From positions 164,672,001-164,736,000 of the forward strand of contig NC_042999.1 in NCBI RefSeq assembly GCF_006345805.1: a stretch of 64,000 nucleotides of DNA. The letters are read 5' to 3'. This DNA is from Octopus sinensis (lineage: Eukaryota). The notes under the pieces were generated by a model that saw only the letters and a program-made list of their open reading frames with translations, did not search any database and was not told the origin of the DNA. Each line of letters opens with the position of its first letter. The first letter of the stretch is position 1. The translations under genes were made by a program, and so were the position numbers. This document shows positions 41,901-53,320 of this stretch, piece by piece.

Positions 41901-42127
41901 TATTATTATTATTATTATTTAAACAGTTTTGTGTGAGTTTTTGCAGCATCGGTTTTTGGTATGGAACTGCATTATGCAACATTTTATATGTACTTTGTTG
42001 TGGGGTTTGTTTTGATACTCTGAGTGTTATTTTGATGATTTTTTATTTGTTGTGTAGATTATACTAATGATCGTGTCTGTGTTGCTGCCTTGATGAGTGA
42101 AGTAATATTGCCATGGGAAGTGGAGTT

Positions 42128-42162
42128 TCCAATGTTTTGGACAGAGCTCTTCTTCAGGGTTG
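42128..42162 (-). ncRNA. Degenerate Penelope-type hammerhead motif
   Basis: The minus strand reads aacc-CTGAAGA-agagctctgtcc-AAAA-cattgg. It has the CUGANGA core, and ccaaaac could be CpG-decayed ccgaaac. Confidence 0.3.
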
Positions 42163-43049
42163 AGCTGACTGGGAAAAGAAAGACAGAAGACTTTTACATC
42201 CTCTGTGTTTGAGCTACTGGTAGCAAATGATAGGAAATGCATAATGATGTGAGAGATCATACACTGACAGGGGAGAGGAACTGGGTGAGATAGAGAGCAG
42301 GAAAGAGAAATAAGAAGAAGAGGGTAAAACCTTCCTGAATTCTGAAATATTCCTGGATAGCTAGATTAGAATGACTAGCTGAGAGTACTGCTGATTAGGT
42401 CTGATTTAAATTGTTACAACACAGATGTATGTGAGTAAAAAAGAAATTCTGGAGGAAAGATGAAGTACAAGTGAAGGTAAAGGATTTATACAGGATCTGT
42501 AGTGGGTGGATTGATGCATTATATTGATTGTAATCAGAGAAGAAGCAATTGCTTTGAAGAAATTTAAACCTTTCATAGCTCTATTTCCAACAATAGACAC
42601 TATAGGCATTTTAATTAAGTTTCAACAAAATCAAGAATTTGGATATTAAAAATGCTACAGGAGCATTAACTCAGCATTTTTAATTATTGGTAATTGTTGT
42701 TGTTGTTTACCAACTATAATTAAGCAGAGTAGTATTTAAAGGCATTCCAGCTATGGCTGTCCCGTATGTTTATGAATTCAGTCTCCATTTTTCAATGTTG
42801 TCTTTACTTCTTAAGATAGTGGGAGCAGGATTTAAGGGAGGTTTGGCTATTGATTTCTATCAGATCAAGTAATTACTTAGAGCTTCATATTGCCTTATTG
42901 GGCTGTTTATTTATTAGCTGGTTTTTAAAACATAACAAAAGACAACCATTCATCTTCTGAAATCGCATTTTATCATCCAAGTAATATTTCAATTAAAATA
43001 TCTACCAATCTATCTATCTATCTTTTGTATATATATACACATATATAAT

Positions 43050-43652
43050 AATCATCATCGTCTAACACCCACCTTCTATGCTGGCATGGGTGGGATGGTT
43101 TGACAAGAGCCGGCCAAGCAGAAGCCTGCACCAGACTTCTGTAATAGTTTTGGCAGGACTGGAGGCCCTTCCTAACACAAACCACTCAGCAGAGTAGACT
43201 TGGTGCCTTTTACATGGCACAAGTATAGGCAAGGTCAGTTTAGCAAAGTTTTTACAGCTGGACGCCCTTCCAGATGTCAACCACTTTAGAGTGTGGACTG
43301 GGTGCTTTTAAGTGGCACCTGCACTGAGAGGGTCAGCAAGTACTTGCAAAGCTAAAAAAGGAAAAAAACTGTTTTGAGAAGGGAGGAAGCAATGGAGTAG
43401 GTGATCTTGTGTTGGATGATGAAAGATTATAGTGCAGAAGAGGTACAAGGTAGAGAGAGAGAGAGAGAGATCAGGAATGAAGACAGAAACAGGTGTGCTG
43501 TCACAAAGGAAATACATGGTTACCCAAGAGAAGAGAGAGAGAGTGGGAGACAGGAGGATAGAAATGGTGGAAAAGTGCCAGATATACTCCCAAGGGACAG
43601 TTGAGTAAAGGAAGAGAAAGATATAGATGGTGGCAAGTGCCAGGACATATCC
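43050..43652 (-). mobile_element. Long family B element (pyrimidine-rich 5' region plus RTE-type tail)
   Basis: (CAT)n tail, ctggacgcccttccagatgtcaacc, then about 300 bp of purine-rich plus-strand sequence. Confidence 0.7.
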
Positions 43653-44143
43653 TTGAGGTATATATACATACATATGCATATATATACATACATATATATA
43701 CATAAATACACACATACATACCTACATATATATATGAATACATATACATACATATATATATACACGTATACACACATATATACATAAATACATATATATA
43801 TATACATATATAAGCATACATGTATATATATACATACATACATACATATGTATATATATATGCATATATAAGCATATATATATATATATAGATATATAAT
43901 AGAAATATTAAAATTACTAAGTCTCTCTAAGTGTTCGAAGGTTATATGGATACAGTTTGTGTATCAAATAGCTAACTTAAGGCGATGGCCTCATGGAGCT
44001 AATAAGCGGACAGCTTTATTCTTATTTTTATAAGAATGCCATATTAGTATGGCGATAACTATTATAGATATATATATATAGATATATATATACATATATA
44101 CATACATATGTGTATATATATATATACATACATATATACATAC

Positions 44144-44199
<56 letters not shown>

Positions 44200-44221
44200 A
44201 CATACATATACATATATATAT

Positions 44222-44560
44222 ATTGAGACCCCCTTTGGTCATGACTGACCGTGGGATTGCACCTAGAAAGTTACCCTCCCAGGCACAAGTCCAGGCAAGG
44301 TTGTTTATGGAAGACCAACAGTTACCCATGCATACCGGCCTCTCCTCTCCACGCTGCCAGTGTAATCCAAGGGAAAGGCAAAGGGACCGATACAGCTTGG
44401 CACCTGTGACGTCACAACTCATTTCTACAGCTGAGTGAACTGGAGCAATGTGAAATAAAGTGTCTTGCTGAAGAACGCAACATGCAGCCCGGTCCAGGAT
44501 TCGAACTCACAACCTCACGATCGTAAGCTCGATACTCTAACCACTGAGCCATGCTCCCTT
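44222..44560 (-). mobile_element. tRNA-derived SINE family E, full-length young copy
   Basis: Head gggagcaTGGCTCAGTGGttagag...GTTCGAATCCtggaccgggc has intact A (44541-44551) and B (44497-44506) boxes, but the anticodon stem does not pair. The body continues about 270 nt and is flanked by (TA)n. Confidence 0.88.
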
Positions 44561-44563
44561 CAC

Positions 44564-44608
<45 letters not shown>

Positions 44609-44730
44609 CATATATACATATATATACATATATATATATATATACATATATACATACATATACATACATATATACATACATATATATACCTACATATATA
44701 TATATTATACATATATATATATATATATAC

Positions 44731-47168
44731 ATAACTTGGAATAACTTAGAAAGGTTTTGGCCAGTATTGGCCCAGGCCATGTCTAACTTAACAGCACCAC
44801 CTGGTGAAGTCTTTCAATTCAGGATTTGGGCACCAAGGCCCATTCGAGCAGAGAGTTATTGTTTGTGTAGACATATCCGGGTGCGGGTGCTTTGTCCGGG
44901 ACTGTTTGAAGGAATTTGTCCAATGACTTCTTGAATTTTGTGTGGTCAGTTCTGTTTTGACATGTCCTGATGTAATGTTGAAGAGAGCAGGTCAAATTGA
45001 GGTGAAATAATTGTACCGTATTGTTGTTATGAGATGCGATTTAGATGTTTGTTGTGGACGGATGGCATGCAGTCCAAGCCTTGGATGTATTTTGAAGGTG
45101 ATGCCAACATCATTTGGACAGTGCTGATGGAATATTTTCCACATCATACAGATAATGTAGCATTCACGGCGTCATTGGAGTGAATACAGTTTCAGCTTTT
45201 CCACTCAACCCCAGTAGTTGAGGTCTGACATGCCATCTATCTTTTTCGTGATTAACCTTTGGGGAGCTTCAATTCTCATAATATTTTGTTTCGTATAGGG
45301 AGACCACAGTGGACAGCAGTATTCAAGGTGGGGCCGGGCAAAAGTGGAGAAGAGAAGGATAACAGTGTGAGAATCTCTCGACTGGAAGGTTCTGAGAATC
45401 CAGGAACACATTCTGCGGGCCATGTCAACTTTGCTGCTTATATGTGTAGCCCAGCTTATGTTGTCCACAGTTACTCCCAAGTCTCTGATGTTGTTAGACG
45501 CCATGAGAGTTTCACCAGAAGGAAGGGAGTATGTGAGTTTCAGAGCGTCCTCCCTTCCAAAGTGGATCAGTTCGAATTTGTCTTCTTTTAGCAACATGTT
45601 GTTCTTTTCCGCCCATTGGACAACAGCCAGTAGGTCTGACTGAAGGCTTATCTGGTCATCCATGCCATTGATGACCTTCTGGAGCTTGGAATCATCAGCG
45701 AAGATTCTGATGTTACTGTGTTTGATGATGTCAGTAATGTCATTAATGTAGATGATGAAGAGAAGTGGGCCCAACACAGTGCCTTGTGGGACACCACTGC
45801 TGACTTTGGCTGGGCTGGATTTGACTCCTTCAACTACAACATGTTGGGTTCTGTTTGACAGGAAGCACTTGATCCACTGCAGCAGCTTTCCAGTGACACC
45901 AATATTGGACAGCTTTCTCAAAAGGATCTTATGATCAACCCTGTCAAAAGTCTTGCTGAAATCAAGATAGATAACATCAGTGTTGGAACCCTCTCCCAAG
46001 GCTCTCAAAATGTCATCAAAATGATGCAGTAGCTGCGTCAGGCAATCCCTTCCATTACGGAATCCATGCTGGTTGGAGTTCAGCATATCATGACTCTCGA
46101 GGGAGTGAGTCATTCGCGATCTCACCACTCTCTCAAATACCTTAATGATATGAGAGGTGAGTGAGATTGGACGGTAATTCATGGCAAGCGATTTGTTTCC
46201 TTTTTTGAAAACTGGGACAACAGACTGGGATAGAAGGTCCTCTGGTATATATCCAGCATCCAGTGAGTTCCGCCACAGATTGGCTAGAGGGGGTGCAAGT
46301 TGGTGTTGAGACATCTTAAAGACACAAGCAGGGAACCTATCGGGACCTACTGCTGAATTATGCTTGATTTCCTTTATTGCTGCTAAGACATCAGGGGCAC
46401 TAAAGGTTATGTCCGATAAAGTGTATTAAAGAGTAACATCACTGATACAGCCCAGATCAGTCATATCAGGATTGCTGAAAACAGAGCAGTATTGTTTCTG
46501 CAGCATCTCTCCCATGGTTTTGGCATTGTCTTGAAGAGTACCATTTTCATCAATCAGAGGGCCAACAGCAGAACCAGTGACTCTGTGTTTTTTTGCAAAT
46601 GAAAAGAACACTTTGGGATTGAGTTTGATCTTCTCAATGGCCCAGGCTTCTTCAGCTCTTCTCTGACTATTGATGATAGACATCATGTTGTTTTGGAGTG
46701 CATGTTTTTCAATCTCTAGTGATATGATGGCAGTCAGGTTGGTATGTTGCTGTTGACAGTATTTCAGCTTGATTTTTTTGTTAATTCTTTTAATTTTCCT
46801 GATGAGAGTTTTTCTATTTCTAGGGATTCTGCACTTAGATTTGTTTGCAGATCTTAATGGGGGGGTGTTTTGCACATATGTTTGTAATGGTGTCTACAAT
46901 TGACTGCCAGGACTTTTTGATGTTAGTGGGTGTGTATGTGTGTGTGAAGAACTAATCGACTTGTGCAAGATCATTACTGATAGCTTCCCAGTTTGCATTG
47001 TGGAAATCCATAGTGTCAAATAGATGGACATAGTGTCAAATGGATGACATTGGTTTTGCATTTTGGCCGGTGAAATCTCAGATCACAGAGAACCATGTCA
47101 TGGTCGGAGAGTAGAGTTTTCTCCACTGCAATATTGTTGATAGTGTCAGTGTGATTGCTGAAAATTAA
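44731..47168 (-). mobile_element. CR1/L2-group LINE, 5'-truncated, with an open RT domain
   Basis: ORF 45205-46314 has NYRPISLTS, QHGFR, YLDFSKTFD, GVPQGTVLGPLLF, FADD and RPHLEY. The APE C-terminus (LIFSN..SDHDMV) is at about 47080-47170. It is frameshifted, and the 3' tail is ctaagttattccaagttat. Confidence 0.95.
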
Positions 47169-47244
47169 GTCTATGTATACATACATATATATACATACAT
47201 ACACACATATATATATATACACATATATATACATACACATATAT

Positions 47245-47286
<42 letters not shown>

Positions 47287-47388
47287 TATATATATACACA
47301 CACACGTATGAATGTCCCGTCTGTTTTTTTTGTATCGTCTTCTAAATGTTTTGCGTTCTTGTCCCAGTTTGTATTTTTTTACATATAC

Positions 47389-47421
<33 letters not shown>

Positions 47422-47452
47422 TATACCATGACTTCATTTTTCCTCTCACACC

Positions 47453-47504
47453 GTCTCCAATGAAGGGATATTATTAATTAATATCCTAGAAACAGCTGTA
47501 AGAC
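47453..47504 (+). ncRNA. Minimal type I hammerhead ribozyme motif (Penelope-like), probably inactivated
   Basis: GTCT [CCAATGA] a-gGGATATTA ttaat TAATATCCt-a [GAAA] CAGCTG [TA] AGAC: stem I, core, stem II, GAAA, palindromic stem III and a UH site. The core deviates from CUGAUGA at positions 4 and 5. Confidence 0.65.
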
Positions 47505-47584
47505 CTTCTATCTATAAATGCTCTAATATCTATACGGCCTTGGTTTTTTTATCTTATTACGCAAAAAATTCTTACATACATACA

Positions 47585-47619
<35 letters not shown>

Positions 47620-48042
47620 GTATTTATAAATGAGGGTGAAAAATTGATATTAATTTAAGAATACCATTAATTTAACACCGAGTGGCTTAGCACAAAAAAC
47701 TAGAGAAATAAATTGTATTTAAGACAAACCTCTGCTGAAGATTTATAGATGTCTATGTAAGTAAAATTGCATTTACATTAGTAATGAAACAATTGTTCAG
47801 GGTCAATCTATTTATTCGTTATATTTCACTTTCCTTCCATTAAACGTAATGTTATTTCTAGTTGGAAACATTGTTTCTGTGGCTATACTATCGGAGCCAA
47901 TTTTAGCACTAGAGCTATCCACATAGTGGTAACTCTCTAATAATTTATGTATATATATATGTATATATATACGAATACATACGTACATATTTATACATAT
48001 ATATAAACATACGTATATATATATATATATATATAAACATAC

Positions 48043-48079
<37 letters not shown>

Positions 48080-48083
<4 letters not shown>

Positions 48084-49342
48084 GCCATCCGATATATAAT
48101 GCGGTTTTTTTCAATTGAATGAACTAAAAGTCAGAAGTGGATGAGATAAACTACCTGCATCAACTTGCTACAAAAGTAGTTGGTAATTTTCCCTTGTGCT
48201 TATTCTTGGTGTAAGTTTTGAAGTGTGCAGTTCAATTTTAACAATTATTTTTTCAAAGCCATAATGGAAGCGACAAAGGTCAATATTTGGCATATTTTGT
48301 GTTATTAGTTCAATAAAGGCAGCAATGCAACAAAGAGTGTGAGGAATATTACTGCAGTATATGGGGATCGGACAATAAGCAAAAGCCAGTGTCAATGGTG
48401 GTTTCAAACTACAGGCTAGAAGACAAGCTTCATCTTGGAATATCTAAAGAGCTCAACAAGGATATCCTGCAAACCCTAGTGGAACAAAATCCCATCATAA
48501 CTGTTGCGGAAGTAGCAGAAAGCTTGGATTTGGTCATTCAACCATTCATCGACACCTGTGTGCCATCGAAAAAAATCAGCAAACTGGGTCAATGAGTTCC
48601 TCACAATCTTTCTGAATCTAATTGCATGCAGAGAGTGAATGTGTGCTCTTCTTTGCTGCCATGTCTCATGAATGAACCATTTTTGGACTGAATAGTGACT
48701 GGTGATGAGAAATGGGTTCTCTATAAAAATGCCAAAAGACAGTGAGTAGGGAAAGGAGAAACACTGGCACCCCAGGCTAAAGAAGGTCTTCACCCATGGA
48801 AGGTGTTGTTATCTGTTTGGTGGGATATGAAAGGTTTAGTCCACTTTGAACTTATAAACCCAAACCAAACAATAACAAAGGAGATCTGCTGTGAGCAGCT
48901 TGAGCAGCTTAAGGTAGTGCTAGAAGAAAAACAACCACCTTTGGTTTCAAGATGAAAGGTGTTCTTCCTTCAGGATAATACTTGGCCACATACAGCAAGG
49001 ATGACATGCCAAAGACTGGAGCAGTTTGAATGGGAAATGATGCCCCACATGCCATATTCACTGGACATTGCCCCATCTGTTGATTATCATTTATTCCGCA
49101 GTCTTCAAAATCATTTGGACAGAAAAAAATATGAATTCTGTAGAGAAGGTCAGAACAGGAGTATTTTTCGTCAAGGACAAGTGAATTTTGGGAGAAGGGC
49201 TTTGCAAGGCTACCACATAGATGGAAGAATATTGTAGAAAATGAAGGAGAATATATTTTAGATTAAAAAAGAACTTTGTTCATCTTAATTTTTGAAAAAT
49301 AAAAGTATAAAAAAAACCCACATTATTTATGGGATGACCCAT
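48080..49342 (+). mobile_element. mariner (D,D34D-type) element, full length but defective
   Basis: TIRs ttgggccatccgatatataatgcggttttttt and aaaaaaacccacattatttatgggatgaccca. Motifs *VPHNL, VTGDEKW, QDNTWPH and YSLDIAPSVDYHLF. Multiple stops and frameshifts. It sits at the end of a (TA)n run. Confidence 0.95.
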
Positions 49343-49344
49343 TT

Positions 49345-49825
49345 GTATTTGTTTTTAATTGTATTGTTTTTACGTCCTGTTTTTGTCACATTTTTTTCCT
49401 TGTTTTTACCCCTCTGCAAAGGAATTTTATTTAATTCTTTCGCAGGAAGGATTAGTTCGACGAGACGTGTTCTGTCCTCACCTTCGAAACACGCTGGAGT
49501 TGAACTAGGGACAGCTGATGAAGGGGATTTTTCCTTGTGTAGTTGTCTTGTACTCTGTTTTTTCGTTGTTAAAAAAATGGTCCGTTCCATGCTGTTTTTA
49601 CGTTTTCGTTTCTCGTTGAGTTCTACGTCTATTTGTGGTGTCCTGTACACACGTATATATATTTATATATGCATGTATATATACATGTAGATGTAGGTAC
49701 GTACATATATGTTTGTATGTATGCATATATTTTATTTATTACACTATTGTATGACTGAGCGCCTTCGCGTCGATTCGATTGGTTTGGTTTGGTTTCGTTT
49801 CTTCTTATTCTCGAAGCTGGTTTAT
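49345..49825. mobile_element. Young, CpG-rich Penelope-like short repeat containing a hammerhead core
   Basis: It has pyrimidine-rich stretches, CTGATGA and CGAAAC motifs and retained CpGs. A loosely similar fragment lies at about 47305-47380. The Penelope assignment is inference. Confidence 0.5.
49466..49527 (+). ncRNA. Candidate hammerhead ribozyme with non-canonical strand order
   Basis: CGTG-T-T-CTGTCC (49466-49477), CCTTC-GAAA-CACG (49481-49493), GGACAG-CTGATGA-AGGGG (49509-49526). Confidence 0.5.
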
Positions 49826-50196
49826 ATATATATAGGGTGTTTTAGTAATATGGATGAGTAGATGATGCACGTTTCAAAACAAGGAGAACTTTGAATAAGC
49901 CAGTAATATAGTACTAAGAGCAGTTTGGAGGTGGAAGTAGTAGATTAGAATAAGTAAAATCAGTCAAAGTACACATATTCTCATTTATCACATATGCTTT
50001 ATGTTCTACTATCTGATCTCTCTGACTTTCAAACAAATTCTCAGTATTTCTTATCCTCTTTTCCTTTATTTAGATGTCAAAGACAGAATCACTCATGTTC
50101 ACGTAATTCTCTCATTTCTTCAAGAAAAATAACAATGTCAACAAGCAGAAGAAAATCTTTTGTAACAAACACAGAGAGAAAAAAAAAGTTACTTAC

Positions 50197-50279
50197 ATCA
50201 GAGTCTGGACCCTGGTCAGCGCCCGGACAGGTAAATGTAACAAATTCATGACACCGTTTATGTACAACAAAACAGCAAA
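50197..50279 (-). CDS. PRKCA/PRKCB-like (cPKC): Internal coding exon (83 nt) of a classical Ca2+/DAG-dependent protein kinase C, C-terminal part of C1A plus linker
   Basis: The minus strand reads (G)TT TGC TGT TTT GTT GTA CAT AAA CGG TGT CAT GAA TTT GTT ACA TTT ACC TGT CCG GGC GCT GAC CAG GGT CCA GAC TCT GAT = (V)[27 protein letters not shown], nearly identical to vertebrate PKC-alpha [28 protein letters not shown]. Acceptor is gcattatttccttcatttcag, donor is gtaagtaac. The exon is phase 1 to phase 0. It is missing from the ORF track. Confidence 0.96.
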
Positions 50280-50696
50280 CTGAAATGAAGGAAATAATGC
50301 AGATATTTAGAATACGAAAAATTAATTTTACAGAGAAATTTCTTCAAAATCATTCAGGGGGAAATAATTTGATAAGAAGCATAGATTTTTTTATGAGTGT
50401 GCAGACAAACACAAATACAATGAAGAAAAGAAATGAAGACTGAGAGATCTTGAGTAGAGCCAAAATTAATGAGGTATATTTGAATTTGCAAACAGGTAAA
50501 AACAAAACAGCTTTCATTGCATGCAATAAAGTTTATTCTTGTATTTAAAGGTGAAACTTCCTTCTCTTACTACTCAGAGTTTCTTCATTTCTGTTTACTG
50601 TCTCCACTATAAAAAAAAAATGAGGAGCTCAGAAACTCAAGCTACAGACAGAAGGAAACTTCATTTTCTAGTATATATATATATATATATATATAT

Positions 50697-51947
50697 ATAA
50701 TGTATACACACACATATACACAAACATATATATATATGTGTGTGAGTGTGTGTGTATTGTTTCTATTGTCAGAATCATTTAGTGTTTCATAATAATAGAA
50801 CTGTACTACTACTTACAAATATCATCATCACCATCAACATTTTAACATCTATTTTCCTATGCTTACATGGGTAGGATGGAATTTGTTGATGCAAATTTTC
50901 TAAGTCCAGATGCTCTTCCTGCCACTAAACCTAACCCTCTTCTAAGCAAGATCATATTTCTCCTTGACTGGATATGTTTTCATGGATGAGTTGAAATGAA
51001 GGACACTGCTTGTATAACAAGTAATGTTCATTTACAACTATCACATAGTGTCGATACATGGAAGTACTAACACACACATACATACATACACATATATACA
51101 TACATATATATGTACTAGCAGTATAGCACGGCTTTGCTTGGGAAGAAGTTAGGATTATTAAGCTAATCAAGTTCTTTACTTCAAACCAAACTAAGTAACA
51201 TCGATGTCAAATTTGGGCAAAATCCATTGAAATTGGTAAACTTTTGGCTGAAAATGAGTTGCAGACACCTTGATTGGGTAATTCCAAAAGGAATCGGTTT
51301 ATCGATTTTTTCCACTCATCGATTTTTTATATTTTCACTTTTTGAGAACTTAAAGCATTCAAAGATCCCATGAGTCCTAAGTAATACTGGCATCAAGTTT
51401 GAACAAAATACATCAAAATTGTTAAAAGTTATGGTTGAAAATGGGGTGTAGCCAATTTTATTGGGAAATCCTATAAGGAATCAGTTTATCAATTTTTCTT
51501 TTATCCTGATTAAATGGAAAACCCCATAAGGAATCAGTTTATTGATTTTTCACCCCAAATAGGACTTAACTGAACACAACATTGCTGATTCAAAAACATC
51601 TATATTTAAACTTTAAAGTTGGTTTTCACACCCAACCCAGTTTTGCAGAAACAGTGTCGTGATGGGAGCGTATGAGTTGGGAGTTTGATCGGCAGAGGTG
51701 ATCAGGTTGCACATGCCAGCCCTTTGAAAACACTACCCCATCATCTAACCCCACCTTTTCCCATGTGTTGGGAACCCTTCCAGCAAGGAAAATAGAATGC
51801 CCAAAAGGGCTCCCGATTCTCTGTGTCAGAAGGGGTTATGTTCAGATTACAACGAAGTCTTAGTATATATATTATATATATATATATATATAATATATAT
51901 ATATATAATACATATATATATATAATACATATATATATATATACATA

Positions 51948-52036
<89 letters not shown>

Positions 52037-53197
52037 GTATACACACACATATACACAAACATATATATATGTGTGTGAGTGTGTGTGTATTGTTTCTATT
52101 GTCAGAATCATTTAGTGTTTCATAATAATAGAACTGTACTACTACTTACAAATATCATCATCACCATCAACATTTTAACATCTATTTTCCTATGCTTACA
52201 TGGGTAGGATGGAATTTGTTGATGCAAATTTTCTAAGTCCAGATGCTCTTCCTGCCACTAAACCTAACCCTCTTCTAAGCAAGATCATATTTCTCCTTGA
52301 CTGGATATGTTTTCATGGATGAGTTGAAATGAAGGACACTGCTTGTATAACAAGTAATGTTCATTTACAACTATCACATAGTGTCGATACATGGAGGTAC
52401 TAACACACACATACATACATACACATATATACATACATATATATGTACTAGCAGTATAGCACGGCTTTGCTTGGGAAGAAGTTAGGATTATTAAGCTAAT
52501 CAAGTTCTTTACTTCAAACCAAACTAAGTAACATCGATGTCAAATTTGGGCAAAATCCATTGAAATTGGTAAACTTTTGGCTGAAAATGAGTTGCAAACA
52601 CCTTGATTGGGTAATTCCAAAAGGAATCAGTTTATCGATTTTTTCCACTCATCGATTTTTTATATTTTCACTTTTTGAGAACTTAAAGCATTCAAAGATC
52701 CCATGAGTCCTAAGTAATACTGGCATCAAGTTTGAACAAAATACATCAAAATTGTTAAAAGTTATGGTTGAAAATGGAGTGTAGCCAATTTTATTGGGAA
52801 ATCCTATAAGGAATCAGTTTATCAATTTTTCTTTTATCCTGATTAAATGGAAAACCCCATAAGGAATCAGTTTATTGATTTTTCACCCCAAATAGGACTT
52901 AACTGAACACAACATTGCTGATTCAAAAACATCTATATTTAAACTTTAAAGTTGGTTTTCACACCCAACCCAGTTTTGCAGAAACAGTGTCGTGATGGGA
53001 GCGTATGAGTTGGGAGTTTGATCGGCAGAGGTGATCAGGTTGCACATGCCAGCCCTTTGAAAACACTACCCCATCATCTAACCCCACCTTTTCCCATGTG
53101 TTGGGAACCCTTCCAGCAAGGAAAATAGAATGCCCAAAAGGGCTCCCGATTCTCTGTGTCAGAAGGGGTTATGTTCAGATTACAACGAAGTCTTAAG
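50697..53197. repeat. Near-identical tandem duplication, unit about 1.17 kb, period about 1333 bp, bounded by (TA)n
   Basis: Copies lie at about 50697-51863 and 52031-53197. Identical ORFs appear at 50952 and 52285. About five substitutions or small indels are visible outside the microsatellites. Confidence 0.95.
51165..51620. mobile_element. Non-autonomous DNA/Helitron-like repeat inside the duplicated unit (second copy about 52498-52953)
   Basis: caaatttgggcaaaatcc and caagtttgaacaaaatac motifs, and three aaggaatc(a/g)gtttat subrepeats. Confidence 0.4.
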
Positions 53198-53277
53198 TAT
53201 ATATATATATATATATAATATATACATATATATATACATCATCATCATCATAATTTAGCGTCCATATACACATATAT

Positions 53278-53320
<43 letters not shown>

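Noticed and set aside
44485-44560. Apparent tRNA-Val(TAC) gene
   Set aside because: The A and B boxes are intact, but the anticodon and acceptor stems do not pair and the sequence continues into a SINE body.
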